IMG/VR virus record: IMGVR_UViG_3300037504_000888
Span: 39,265-103,264 of that record
DNA length: 64,000 bases
Strand: one strand, 5' to 3'
Source: a virus
The translations under genes were made by a program, and so were the position numbers. Positions within the stretch are counted from its first letter, which is position 1. Each line of letters starts with the position of its first letter. Under the pieces are notes generated by a model. It was not told where the DNA came from. It saw nothing but the letters and a program-made list of their open reading frames with translations, and searched no databases. Positions 19,547-30,470 of this stretch are shown in pieces.

Positions 19547-20820
19547 TTGATTCCCGCCGCCGCCATGATGTGGCGACGGAAGTCTAGCTCGAAGTCGAAG
19601 TCCACCTGGAGGCATTCTTTGAAAGCCTCCTCGGTAGGTGCGTACATCCCGTCTAGGGGCTCGCGGGTGACGCCGTTCAGCAACTGCATGCCCTTGTTCG
19701 TATGCAGGAGCAGCCCCTGGCGCTTGGCGAAGAGGATGAGGTCGCCGTGGACGTCGACGTTGCCGGGGAAGAACTCCGAGTAGTAGAAGTTGAACTCGCC
19801 CTTGATGTGGTCGTGGGTGCCAGCCTTGCCCTTAATGGTCTCAAAGCCGGTCTTCTTGCCCACGGTGTAGTCGCGCCCTTGAATCTGGCGCTTGATCTGC
19901 GCCCCCGGCCACATGGCGAGGTCGATGAGCTTGAAGTGCTCAGTGGCCTTGCCGCCGGTGACCTTCCACTCCTTGCCGTACTGGCTGTCATTGGCCCGCA
20001 CCTGTTGGGTGAAGAGCAGGCTGGTGGTATTCCTGCCCTTGTTCACGTAGGGGACGTACTTGGGCCAGAACTTCGTCATCATCAGAGCTCGAGCGGCCCG
20101 AGCAGCATCCTCGTCCATCTCCTTGTCAGCGTCGCGCTGAGGCTCAAGGGATGAGATGGAGTCCACGCCGATGATGTTGAAGACGTTGGACTTCACACAC
20201 TCCAGCACGGTCTGCAGAACCTGCTCGCCGGTGCCACCCTCGATGACATGCAGCGTGCCGATTTGATGCTTGAGGCCCGCGATGCGCTCGTTGTCCCACA
20301 TGGGCAGCCCGAGCTCCATGTCTCGCTGAATCCACTGGCGGATGACGTTGTCAGGCACCTCTACGCGCATACCGGCCTGCAGCATCTGATCGTAGGGCAT
20401 CTGCGTCTCCGAGATGTGCAGCGCACCCATGAACGAGTTGCCGTAGATTTGCTGCTGCATCGCCATGGTACGGAAGAGCAGCCAGGTCTTCCCAGCATTG
20501 TAGACGCCGGAGATCATGCAGGCTCCGCCAGCGGGGAAGCCCCCACCGAGAGCGACGTCGAGCTCCACGATGCCGGTGGGGCGTCGAAGGGTGTAGACGG
20601 TCTCCATCTGACGGGCGGGGATGAGCTTGCCTTCGAGCTTGTTCATCACCGTGTTGAGGGCTCGGGTGCGCTCAGCGTCAGTATTGGAGGGGAGCGCCGG
20701 GTCTTTGGTGACCGCCAGGGCCGGACCCGCAGCAGCCCTGGATACGGGGGCGGGTCCGGCTTTCTTCTCGGTCTTTTTGGCGGGCGCCTTCTTCTTTACG
20801 GCTTTCTTCCTCGTGGCCAT
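19531..20820 (-). CDS. recA: RecA/UvsX-like recombinase
   Basis: TGIVELDVALGGG.P.G, Walker A GVYNAGKT, IIGVDSI, QVR, TGGKA; AAGGAG RBS before ATG 20820; Lys/Ala-rich N-tail. Confidence 0.85.
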   Translation of the reverse strand: MATRKKAVKKKAPAKKTEKKAGPAPVSRAAAGPALAVTKDPALPSNTDAERTRALNTVMNKLEGKLIPARQMETVYTLRRPTGIVELDVALGGGFPAGGACMISGVYNAGKTWLLFRTMAMQQQIYGNSFMGALHISETQMPYDQMLQAGMRVEVPDNVIRQWIQRDMELGLPMWDNERIAGLKHQIGTLHVIEGGTGEQVLQTVLECVKSNVFNIIGVDSISSLEPQRDADKEMDEDAARAARALMMTKFWPKYVPYVNKGRNTTSLLFTQQVRANDSQYGKEWKVTGGKATEHFKLIDLAMWPGAQIKRQIQGRDYTVGKKTGFETIKGKAGTHDHIKGEFNFYYSEFFPGNVDVHGDLILFAKRQGLLLHTNKGMQLLNGVTREPLDGMYAPTEEAFKECLQVDFDFELDFRRHIMAAAGIKCLYR

Positions 20821-20978
20821 GGGTCTCCTTGATGTTCGAACGGCTCCGTCCCGTGAACGGGGCACTTCACGACGCTGCCTAGCTTCTCCAGCTCACGGCC
20901 GCATTGCGGGCAGCCTTGGGCAGCCTTCTTCTCGAGGGCGGACTGATCAACGCTTTCATCGACTCCTAGCTTTTCCAT
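20796..20978 (-). CDS. Small zinc-ribbon protein
   Basis: MEKLGVDE...GCPQCG...KCPVHGTEPFE. Confidence 0.55.
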   Translation of the reverse strand: MEKLGVDESVDQSALEKKAAQGCPQCGRELEKLGSVVKCPVHGTEPFEHQGDPWPRGRKP

Positions 20979-21294
20979 TCTTCTTGAGCTCCTTCTTGAG
21001 TAGGGGGGACATGGAGAAGGATACCGCAAAGTAGGCGTCGACGTAGCGTTTGTACTTCACGTCGGGGTTGTGTTTGCTCGCCAGCTCGAACATCTTCTTG
21101 CGCTTGACCTTGGTGACAGTGACTTGTCCCAGCCGAGGAAGAGCGACGGTGCCCTCCTCGACCAAGGTTTCGCGAGCAGCCTCGATGAACAACTTGGTGA
21201 TGAGCGATACGCTCTTTCGGTCCATGCCAAGCTGTGCGGCGACGCGACTGTCTAGAACGAGCTTGGTTCTTTGGCTGTGGTTCTGGTCTCTCAC
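20956..21294 (-). CDS. HU/IHF-family DNA-binding protein
   Basis: VAAQLGMDRKSV..I...FIE....LVEEGTVALPRLG...VSFSMSPLLKKEL. Confidence 0.75.
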   Translation of the reverse strand: MRDQNHSQRTKLVLDSRVAAQLGMDRKSVSLITKLFIEAARETLVEEGTVALPRLGQVTVTKVKRKKMFELASKHNPDVKYKRYVDAYFAVSFSMSPLLKKELKKNGKARSR

Positions 21295-21794
21295 TTGGCC
21301 TCACCCCAGGAATCTCCGACGCCCGCTTCGGCCTCCATGGGACAGGCAAGCTCGATGGGGAACGGGTAGGTCATGATCTCCTCGATGTCCTGCTTTGCGT
21401 CCTCAACGTGTTCTGCTGGCACCTCGAAGACCAGCTCGTCGTGGACCTGCAGCACGATGTGGCAGTCGTACCGTTTATCTAGTCCGTAGGCGGCGAGGTT
21501 GAGCTGAGCCATGCGACAGACATCCGCGGCCGAACCTTGGATCTGGGTATTTACCGCCAAGCGCTCACCCAGGGCCTGCTGGTCCTTGCGGTTGCTGTCG
21601 ATCATGGGAATGTTGCGGCGGCGGCCCATCACGGTGAAGGCGTATCCGTACTTCTTGCCCTCCTCGATGGCCTCCTTCATGAACCGCTCAACGGCAGGGT
21701 AAGTCTTCTTGTACTGTTCGATCTTGGCAATGGCGACGTCCTTGTCGACGCCGAGGTCTCTCGCCAACTTGCCAGGACCCATACCGTAGTTCAA
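21291..21794 (-). CDS. polA: Family A DNA polymerase, exon 2 (end of motif B, motif C)
   Basis: LNYGMG, GY..TVMGRRR, AVNTQIQGSAAD, LQVHDELVFE. Confidence 0.9.
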   Translation of the reverse strand: MNYGMGPGKLARDLGVDKDVAIAKIEQYKKTYPAVERFMKEAIEEGKKYGYAFTVMGRRRNIPMIDSNRKDQQALGERLAVNTQIQGSAADVCRMAQLNLAAYGLDKRYDCHIVLQVHDELVFEVPAEHVEDAKQDIEEIMTYPFPIELACPMEAEAGVGDSWGEAK

Positions 21795-22530
21795 CGTGTT
21801 GTTCCCGAGTTTCCCCGGGCACTGACTATACCTTCGCTCTTGATTCCTTACAGGTGGAGCAATGAACTCCACGAGGCCCAGTGGGCTGGAAACTCGAACT
21901 GCAACTGGCACACTGCCGCGGTTTGAACCGAATCCTTTTCGGCAGGTTGTTCGCACAACCATGCTCGACCTGGTGGCACCGTTTGCACAGTACTTCCAGG
22001 TTGTTCGGGTCAGAGTTCCTCCGGTTTCCGTCCTTGTGATGGACGAGTACCGCGAAACGTCCGCAGCGAAGGCAGCGATCACCGTGAGCGGTAAACGCAA
22101 CCTTCTTGTAGTAGTCCGGCGAGGGGCCACCCTTCCAGGCGTTGTTGTTCGCGCCCTTCTGATTGTAGCCCTTGCGTTCGTACGTGGCGTGCCAGCGTTG
22201 CTTGCAAGATTCGAGATGATGTGCACGTCGGCATGGGGGACACCGTTTACAGTTCGCACCCGTCGGGATGAACTGTTCACCGCATCGGCTACATGTTTTT
22301 TCTTTCCGTTGAACATGTCCCATTCCTATGCGCATACTCAAGAGTGCCTGCCGTGTCAACGAGGGAGCGGGAGTGACTACCCTGCGCTGAAGCGCCCCAC
22401 GTTGAGGGGGCCGTCGCCCCCAAGTCGATACACTACCCAGAACGGTGGGCAGCACGGGATTGTCTTAGGCAGCGAGCCCGTAGAGTTCCCCGTTTTGAGC
22501 AGGTTTTACTTCGGCCTGACTGGTAGGTTG
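21795..22530 (-). mobile_element. Group I self-splicing intron (736 nt) in DNA polymerase motif B
   Basis: Exon ends ...TTCGGT, pairing with GCCGAAG (P1 with U-G at splice site); AAAACGGGGAA (P), AATCCCGTG (Q), TCGACT (R/P7), AAGGTATAGTC (S), P9 CCCGGG-GAAA-CTCGGG, terminal G; splicing restores KNIGFG|LNYG. Confidence 0.9.
21826..22323 (-). CDS. Intron-encoded HNH homing endonuclease with zinc fingers
   Basis: VHHKDGNRRNSDPNNLEVLCKRCHQVEH; NAWKGG; flanking CxxC pairs. Confidence 0.85.
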   Translation of the reverse strand: MGHVQRKEKTCSRCGEQFIPTGANCKRCPPCRRAHHLESCKQRWHATYERKGYNQKGANNNAWKGGPSPDYYKKVAFTAHGDRCLRCGRFAVLVHHKDGNRRNSDPNNLEVLCKRCHQVEHGCANNLPKRIRFKPRQCASCSSSFQPTGPRGVHCSTCKESRAKV

Positions 22531-24021
22531 ACCGAAGCCGATGTTCTTGGCGTCAGAACGGTAGGCCGCGTGGTCCACCAGGTACTCCAACAGGTTGGCT
22601 CCGGCACGTTGGGTGATGCCGGGGCTCAACTCTTCCGCCTTCATGGCGAGATCGGCGGGGTCCATCGACGCAGCGTCCTTGCTGAGTTTCTTGCCGGCAG
22701 CGACGTCCTCGTAGATGGTGTCGTACATCAGCGCGGCGTTGCCGGAGTGGATATCCCAGCTCCGTAGGAAGATGTCGATCATCGGTTTCTCCATGGCGGC
22801 AGCTGCCAGGAGTCGCATCTCCAGCTGCGAGTAGTCTGCTGCGATTACCTTCCAACCAGGCTCGGTGATGAATGCACTGCGCAAGTTCCAGTGGTCATTC
22901 TCCGGGCGCGGGATGTTCTGGAGGTTCGGGTCGCTCGAGCTCAATCTTCCCGTCCTGGCGACGTCCTGATTGAAGTTCGAGTGGATACGGTCGTAGGGGT
23001 CGAGTAGCTCATGCAGGCCGTCTATGTATGTGCCAAGCAGCTTCGTGTACTCGCGGTGCTCCAGGATGAGCGCTGCTACCGGATCGTGGTTCTTGTAGTA
23101 CTCGAGGAAGGGCTCATTGCACTGAGGTTTTCGGACGCCGCTCTTACCGCCGCTCGTCATCGATAGTGGAGTGAGGTTCGCGATCTCGAAGAAGTACCTC
23201 TGCAGCTGCGGAGTACTTTTGGGGTTGAGCATGAAGCCTGCCTCACGAACGATGTCGCGCTCGATCTGTCGAATCTTGGCGTGCGCTTCGGGACGGGCTG
23301 CCTCGAACTGCGCGCGGTTGACTTTGATGCCACGCCGCTCCATTGCCCACAGCGCCTTGGTGTAAGGCACCTCGACGCGCTCGAAGAAGTCCCAGAGTGT
23401 TGAGATGTAGGGTGGGACGTTCGTGAACAGCGAGTAGGTGTACTCACCCTGCAGCGTTTGTTTGAGCGACTCCCAGCACTTCAGAGTGCCCCAGGCGTCG
23501 TTGGCGGCGTACTCTACCAGCAGGTCGAAGTTTTCCCGCTCGGCGCGCATGATGACCTCTTCTGCGCTTTGCTTCTTGCCGATCCTCCCGAACGTGTCCT
23601 CGAAGTCGGCCCAGGTCCATCCGAGGATGTGGTTGGCGATGAACTTGAGCTTGTGAGGCTTGTCCTCGTACAACAGCGCATGCATCACCTGTACGTCGTG
23701 CCAGTCGCCGGTGATGTTGAGGCCGTAGTTCGCCAGCATGTGCATGTCGAATTTGGCGTTAGCAAGAATCCAGGTCTTCGATGGGTCGGCGAACGCCCTC
23801 TGGCAATGAACGAGCACATCCGCTCGTAACGTCGCTCGGCTGTTGCCCCAAGCAACTGACCAGTAGAGAGGTACGTCGCCCCACTTACTGAGGCCCGTTG
23901 TCTCGGTGTCGATGGCGATGTGCTTCTCGCCCTCGATGGCGTTGACTAGGTACTGGATCTGGTCGTGAGTAGAGTCCCTCGACACGTACAGCGTGTCGGG
24001 CATATCGATGTTCCAGCTCAT
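22531..24021 (-). CDS. polA: Family A DNA polymerase, exon 1 (3'-5' exonuclease, motif A, start of motif B); spliced product 664 aa
   Basis: GGAGGTGG RBS; IAIDTETTG, ANAKFD, YAANDA, TGRLSSSDPNLQNIP, ADYSQLEMR, RSDAKNIGFG. Confidence 0.9.
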
Positions 24022-24039
24022 TCCACCTCCTATCGGGGA

Positions 24040-24068
24040 GGCCCGCCCCGGGTTCACCGGGGCGGACC
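24040..24068 (-). other. 12-bp GC hairpin between the SSB-like gene and the polymerase RBS
   Basis: GGTCCGCCCCGG-TGAAC-CCGGGGCGGGCC; no U-tract. Confidence 0.6.
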
Positions 24069-24072
24069 ACTG

Positions 24073-24090
24073 CTACTACTACTACTACTA

Positions 24091-24093
<3 letters not shown>
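24073..24093 (-). repeat. (TAG)7 tandem stop codons flanked by CAG codons
   Basis: + strand (cta)7; minus strand CAG CAG (TAG)7 CAG. Confidence 0.95.
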
Positions 24094-25452
<1,359 letters not shown>

Positions 25453-25468
25453 GATTGGCCTTTTTCTT

Positions 25469-26497
25469 TCATAGGGGTTCGTCGACCCGTTCTTGCCGCT
25501 CGAGGAAGCGATGGAGCCAGTTGTAGTAGGGCATCGCTTCCGCGAATTGTTCCCAGACCTCGTCAGATGTGAGGTCGTCTGGTTGTGCCTTCTCGTCTTC
25601 GATGAGACGGTCTGGGTACTCGATGATCCGTACCCTGGGTGAGCTCTTGAGTAGCTCTTGCGCCGCGGTTATCGTTCCGGTTCGCCCCGCGAAGTTGTTG
25701 TCGAGGAACAGGTACACCGTTCCCGACAGCCACTCAAGAATCCATCGTTGCTCCCAGGACAGATAAGATCCCATCAGAGCAACGACGTTCTTCAACCCCG
25801 CCTGCCACACCCACATAGCGGCCTTGTAGCCCTCAACGACGATGATGTTCGTCTGGTCGGGTGTATATTGGACAAGGGGTGGGACCACTTGATGCGCGTT
25901 GTATAGCACGAAACGGCGGTCCCAGCCGTAGCGCGCGGGGAGCTCCCAGGCGGTGTACTCCTTGTCGTAGATCTTATATCGGGGCTTTACCCCGTCGTGG
26001 ACCGTTCTGCCGGAGATGCCGACGAGCTCCCCCTTGATGTCTCGGATGGGGTACGTGATGCGTTCATGCCATCGGTCCCACCCAACCTCGAAGTGGCGCA
26101 GCGTTTCTTCGTGGAATCCTGCCGACACCATGTCCTGGTGCGTGTAGTCGAGAAGGCCCAGGAAGGCGTCGGGTATGGGCGTAATGTCGAAGACGCCTGG
26201 CCGCGTCGGGTCGGGTGGGGCCGGAGAGGCTTTCCGTGCCTCGTCGAGGAGGACTTTGTACTTTTGGTCAACGATGGACCGGGGTACGCCGAGTTCTCGT
26301 AGGAACGTCTTGAGATTGCCTTTGGCGTGGCAGGCATGGCAGAAGTACACGCCGTTGACGAGCGACATGGCGAAGGATGCCGAGGTATCGTCGTGGAACG
26401 GGCACAACGCCATGATGTTTTCGGACCCGGAGGGTCGCACCTTGTTCAAGTACTTGTGCGCCAGGTCCAGAACTTCGCCCGTGATGTCGATGAACAT
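25469..26497 (-). CDS. DnaG-type DNA primase
   Basis: CHC2 finger CPFHDD...CHAC; YPIRD..G.LVGISGR; Toprim VVEGY...LDNN.AG. Confidence 0.85.
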   Translation of the reverse strand: MFIDITGEVLDLAHKYLNKVRPSGSENIMALCPFHDDTSASFAMSLVNGVYFCHACHAKGNLKTFLRELGVPRSIVDQKYKVLLDEARKASPAPPDPTRPGVFDITPIPDAFLGLLDYTHQDMVSAGFHEETLRHFEVGWDRWHERITYPIRDIKGELVGISGRTVHDGVKPRYKIYDKEYTAWELPARYGWDRRFVLYNAHQVVPPLVQYTPDQTNIIVVEGYKAAMWVWQAGLKNVVALMGSYLSWEQRWILEWLSGTVYLFLDNNFAGRTGTITAAQELLKSSPRVRIIEYPDRLIEDEKAQPDDLTSDEVWEQFAEAMPYYNWLHRFLERQERVDEPL

Positions 26498-26499
26498 TA

Positions 26500-27891
26500 C
26501 TACATCACTTCCTGAGCCTCTATCACACCTCGAGCGGAGTCCAGATTTTCACGGCGCTCATCCATCTTTCTTGGCTCCCTCTTCTTCCTGTTGTCGGGGA
26601 CCTCGTCGTCGCCGCGAACCGCACGTTCGGCATCCTTCGAGGACAACTCTCCGTAGTAGCCGAAGTTATGAGCTGGGTAGCCGTAGATGCGGAACCCGTC
26701 CAGCTTGTATCTCCGGGTTGCGCCGCCCATGACTAGGGCGAGGGTTTCCTTTCCTTTCTTCCATTCGTTCACGACGCGAATGAGCATCGTGCAGTCCTGC
26801 CCAAGCGAGTCGCTGAAGGCAACCTCCTCGGTATTGGCCTCTTCGTTCTTCGCGGCGTCGCGGTTGGCTTGAACGGTGGCAACGACCGGAATCTTGTTGC
26901 GTAGGATGAGCTGACGCATGGCGCGGCTGATGGCGGCTACCCGTTCATTCATCTTCCGCGCCCCAGTCGCGTCGCTCATCAGATACATACCATCGACGAA
27001 GCACGCGTGGGGCTTGTAGTGGTCGACCTTCGATTGCAACCACTGAACTGTGTCTTGACCTGGGGCTACGTCTTGCGCCGACAAGCAGACCACCATCATG
27101 GTCTCACGCATGACGGTGAGCCACTCGACGACGTTATGCATCTCGGCGCGCTCCTCGGGCGTCAGCGCACCCTGAGTGAAGCGCTCGTAGTCGGCCTTGG
27201 CGAGCACGCAGGCGATTCGCTCGAACATCTCGTCGGCATCCATCTCTTTCGTGTAGATGAGGATGCGCATGCCGCACTCGAGCGATATAAACCAGGCAAT
27301 CAGGTAGCACAGAACCCACGTCTTCATCGACTTGGGTCTGCCATAGAGGATCATGTAGTCGGTCGGTCGAAGCCCTAGCGTTGAAGTTTGCATGGGCTCC
27401 CACGGCCAGGGGGCGAGACTGACTCGCTCGCCGCGTTCTATGGCGCAGTACTGCTGCCAAACGCGCGACACACCGTCTGCTAGATGGACATCCACCTTCT
27501 TCGGTGAGCAGTCGTTCTGCATGTCGATGGCCTGCTGCGCGAGCAGGTTCACTGCTGCCGTAGGGTCGGCGTCTACAATATTGTCGACCTGCAGAAGCAG
27601 CTGCCGCGTCTGTGTCTTGATACGGTCGGCCCTCACCTCCTTGCAGAGGGCTTCTGTAGTCATGCCGGGGTCGTCGCAGAGTACGAAGTTCGGGAACCTT
27701 TGCGCCAGGGCGTTTGGTCCCCAGACGCTGCCGGCGGTTTCAGGGGTTGCGTTGTACGCGGCGACCATCTGGAACATGCCCAGTGTCTCGCTCTGCGTGA
27801 AGTCGCCTTGCGTGATGCCCCACTCTAGGACTTCGTTGAGATTTCCCGATCGGACGATGCGGGACAGTAGTTGATGCTGCCAGGATGCCAT
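26500..27891 (-). CDS. DnaB-like replicative helicase
   Basis: YGRPKSMKT, KEMD, FVDGMYLM, QANR, SDSLGQD. Confidence 0.85.
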   Translation of the reverse strand: MASWQHQLLSRIVRSGNLNEVLEWGITQGDFTQSETLGMFQMVAAYNATPETAGSVWGPNALAQRFPNFVLCDDPGMTTEALCKEVRADRIKTQTRQLLLQVDNIVDADPTAAVNLLAQQAIDMQNDCSPKKVDVHLADGVSRVWQQYCAIERGERVSLAPWPWEPMQTSTLGLRPTDYMILYGRPKSMKTWVLCYLIAWFISLECGMRILIYTKEMDADEMFERIACVLAKADYERFTQGALTPEERAEMHNVVEWLTVMRETMMVVCLSAQDVAPGQDTVQWLQSKVDHYKPHACFVDGMYLMSDATGARKMNERVAAISRAMRQLILRNKIPVVATVQANRDAAKNEEANTEEVAFSDSLGQDCTMLIRVVNEWKKGKETLALVMGGATRRYKLDGFRIYGYPAHNFGYYGELSSKDAERAVRGDDEVPDNRKKREPRKMDERRENLDSARGVIEAQEVM

Positions 27892-27910
27892 GTGTATCTT
27901 CTTCCCCAGC

Positions 27911-27921
27911 GCCGTTATGCC
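27911..27921 (-). promoter_or_regulatory. Candidate promoter motif GGCATAACnGC (copy 1)
   Basis: About 20 nt upstream of the helicase start; core lies in the loop of an 8-bp inverted repeat CCAGCGCC/GGCGCTGG. Confidence 0.5.
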
Positions 27922-28029
27922 CAGGGCGCTGGAGACCTTTCAGGACCCTCCACGGTAGGCGCGTGCGCTGCCTTGGGCAACGCCGCAAAGCCTATGGCTA
28001 GATGTTGGGGTGAATGGGGAGACGAACCA

Positions 28030-28365
28030 CTACATCTGGGGTACGCCGTCCCCGCCTACGTGCTCTCCGAGCCCGGCGGCCTGGACCGCGCGTCGGGGCT
28101 CAGCGGGCTTTGTGCCATCCAGGACCGTGGCGTCTGCCATTACGGCGCGGGCCAAGTCTTCCTCCATGGCCTGCATCAGCTCAGTGAGCTTCTTCTGCGT
28201 CTCTTTGCTCCAGACGTTCCCCTCGCCCTTATGCCAGCAGCTGACGCCGGTGGCGGGGTCGACGATGGCGGCCGTGGCCTTCACTTCCATCGATCCCTTC
28301 GTCATGTCGACGGAGAGCTGCGCCAAACGCAGCTCCGTCATCTTCATCGTTCCTCGTACCGGCAT
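28030..28365 (-). CDS. Hypothetical protein
   Basis: Tiles the operon; typical codon usage. Confidence 0.55.
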   Translation of the reverse strand: MPVRGTMKMTELRLAQLSVDMTKGSMEVKATAAIVDPATGVSCWHKGEGNVWSKETQKKLTELMQAMEEDLARAVMADATVLDGTKPAEPRRAVQAAGLGEHVGGDGVPQM

Positions 28366-28369
28366 TCAT

Positions 28370-28705
28370 CTACTCTAGCGGAGGGAGGCCAAGCGCCCCA
28401 CTCTGAAGTGATGTCATGTGGTGGGCCATGGTGTACGCGGCCTCTCCGGCGAGCGCGATGTCGCTCTCCATGGAGGCACAGGGGCAGGAGATCGTCACGG
28501 CGACGCTCATACGATTGTAGTCCGGGTGGGCGTTTTTGAGGGTAACTGTGACGCGCGAGCTCGGTGTACCCGACGCTTCCTGTTGTGCTGCGCGGTTCGC
28601 CAGGATGGCGAAGGGGTCGGTGTTCGCCAACCCCTGCGATACTTCCTGGAACCCGTTGCGCGTGATGACCTGCTGCCACGTGGCGGGGTCCACGCGGTTG
28701 CTCAC
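28370..28705 (-). CDS. Hypothetical protein
   Basis: GTGA overlap with upstream gene. Confidence 0.55.
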   Translation of the reverse strand: MSNRVDPATWQQVITRNGFQEVSQGLANTDPFAILANRAAQQEASGTPSSRVTVTLKNAHPDYNRMSVAVTISCPCASMESDIALAGEAAYTMAHHMTSLQSGALGLPPLE

Positions 28706-29133
28706 GGCAGCGCTCCGGCGTTGGGGACATGGTAGCGGTTCTCGACCTTGACGACCTCTTCGTAGAGCTCCTGGTCGATCTCACCACGGGCGAGCATGGT
28801 CTTGAGCTGCCTGATGCCCATCTTGGCCTCGTTCTTGGTCTTGATGCTACCACCGCCGGCGATGAACTTCTCGCGGCCCACGGCGTTCAGCACCTTATCC
28901 CCGTCGACCCTCTCCACCTGCTGGTAGAGGTCGAAGTCGCTGCACTTGACGCCGGCAGCGCGAACGGCCTTTTCGGCCGCTTCGCGTGTCTGGTTGAGAT
29001 GTTCGAGGTACTGCCCCAGCTGCTCGAAGAACTGCGGGTTGAGCTGCTTGAATTGCTCGTACATCCCTTTGGCTTGTTCATAGTTCATGACCTCGGGAAT
29101 GTCCTGAGGGTCCTTAGTCGTAATCTGAGCCAA
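28702..29133 (-). CDS. Hypothetical protein
   Basis: Tiles the operon; GAGGA RBS. Confidence 0.55.
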   Translation of the reverse strand: MAQITTKDPQDIPEVMNYEQAKGMYEQFKQLNPQFFEQLGQYLEHLNQTREAAEKAVRAAGVKCSDFDLYQQVERVDGDKVLNAVGREKFIAGGGSIKTKNEAKMGIRQLKTMLARGEIDQELYEEVVKVENRYHVPNAGALP

Positions 29134-29989
29134 TGTAGACTTCCTCGTCCAACGACGCGTCGACGGCGTCGTCGGACAGTTCGTATTTCACTACGGACTC
29201 GCCGTAGACCTCCTGCATGTAAGCGGCGTAGATGTTGCGAGCCTTCTGCAACCCGCTCACGAAGTGGTGCATTGGGGAGCCTAGGCGACGGTCCTTTCGA
29301 TTCGCCGCGGCGAAGGCCGGGTGTATGATGGGTATGACCGGGTAGGTCACGAGGTTCTGCTTGTAGGGTGCGATGAGCTGTCCCCGCACCTTGCGTGCCC
29401 AGGCGCCCTTCGGCGTCAGCTGTGGGATGAAGCCGGCTCCGGGTATCGAGACCTTTTGCAGGGTGCCGTTCTCGGCTTGTATCTTCACTGAACGACCCAA
29501 CACCGACTCAGCGGCAGAGCCCCCAAGTGTGACGATGAGCACGGGGTCGACCGCGTACACTTGATGCCAGAGCCGCGGGCGGCAAGCGAGCATCTGCGAC
29601 GGCTTCGGGGTATCGTCCTTGACGACGTACTCCTCCTTCTTCGTCTTCCAGTTCTTTCGCGTCAGTTTGTTGCCCTGGTTATCGTAGGCGTAGTCCCATG
29701 ACCGGCAGCAAACCGCGTTGGTGATGTAGTAGCGCTTGAACTCCAGCTCCTTGAGCATGTCGCGCAGGAACTGACCGCTCCTACCGATGAAGGGTCGGCC
29801 GTGGGCTTCTTCGTCTTTGCCCGGCCCTTCTCCGATGAACATGACGCCTCTGTCGTCGCCCTCTCCAAAAACGAAGGAGCCTCCCACCTGTATGCGGGAG
29901 ACTCCTAAGTCACACTCCTGGCACTCGGACCAGTTCTCTTCGATGGCGGGCAGCGTCACGCGAAAGCTGGGTCGAACCTCAGCTTTCAC
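29114..29989 (-). CDS. Uracil-DNA glycosylase family 4 (Fe-S)
   Basis: CQECDL, MFIGEGPG..E...GRPFIG.SG..L, NAVCCR, HPA. Confidence 0.85.
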   Translation of the reverse strand: MKAEVRPSFRVTLPAIEENWSECQECDLGVSRIQVGGSFVFGEGDDRGVMFIGEGPGKDEEAHGRPFIGRSGQFLRDMLKELEFKRYYITNAVCCRSWDYAYDNQGNKLTRKNWKTKKEEYVVKDDTPKPSQMLACRPRLWHQVYAVDPVLIVTLGGSAAESVLGRSVKIQAENGTLQKVSIPGAGFIPQLTPKGAWARKVRGQLIAPYKQNLVTYPVIPIIHPAFAAANRKDRRLGSPMHHFVSGLQKARNIYAAYMQEVYGESVVKYELSDDAVDASLDEEVYIGSDYD

Positions 29990-30470
29990 GCTGGCCGCCT
30001 CCGAAGCCGTTTGGTCTCATGAAGCCAGGAGGCATCCCCGGAGGTATCTGCGGATTGCCCGGCTGCGGATTGCCCTGCTGCGGAAGACTGTTCGCCATCG
30101 ACAGCCCAGCGCGGCGGGCACGAGCCTGGACCATCTGGTCCATCAGCTGTCCGTACATCTCTTCGTAGCGCCGGCCTCGGTCATTCATGTCGGCGTAGTA
30201 GCGAACGTTGCTGATGACCACGTCGATGTAGGTGGGGCCTTCCTCGAGGTCGATAGGCACCATCGACGGGGAGTAGAGCGTGGCGACCTGGCCCTGAGGG
30301 CCTGCCGGTAGTCGTGTGCAACCGACATCTAGCTCGACGGCCTCTTCGACATGTGCCTTGTCCCCAGGGGCGAGCCCTGGGGGAATCCTGCCGACCAGGC
30401 GTCGCGAGCCGCTGTCGATTACGGCCCAAGCAAGGTCTGGATGTTCGTTGTTCTGCTGTTTTTCGTCCAT
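29979..30470 (-). CDS. Hypothetical protein with Pro/Gly/Gln-rich tail
   Basis: ATG 30470 (MDEKQQ...) overlapping the end of the helicase gene. Confidence 0.55.
   Translation of the reverse strand: MDEKQQNNEHPDLAWAVIDSGSRRLVGRIPPGLAPGDKAHVEEAVELDVGCTRLPAGPQGQVATLYSPSMVPIDLEEGPTYIDVVISNVRYYADMNDRGRRYEEMYGQLMDQMVQARARRAGLSMANSLPQQGNPQPGNPQIPPGMPPGFMRPNGFGGGQRES

Noticed and set aside
21291-22316. 341-aa ORF as a stand-alone polymerase subunit
   Set aside because: Its N-terminal half is an Arg/Thr-rich alternative frame over the HNH gene; only 21794 onward is PolA and is explained by splicing
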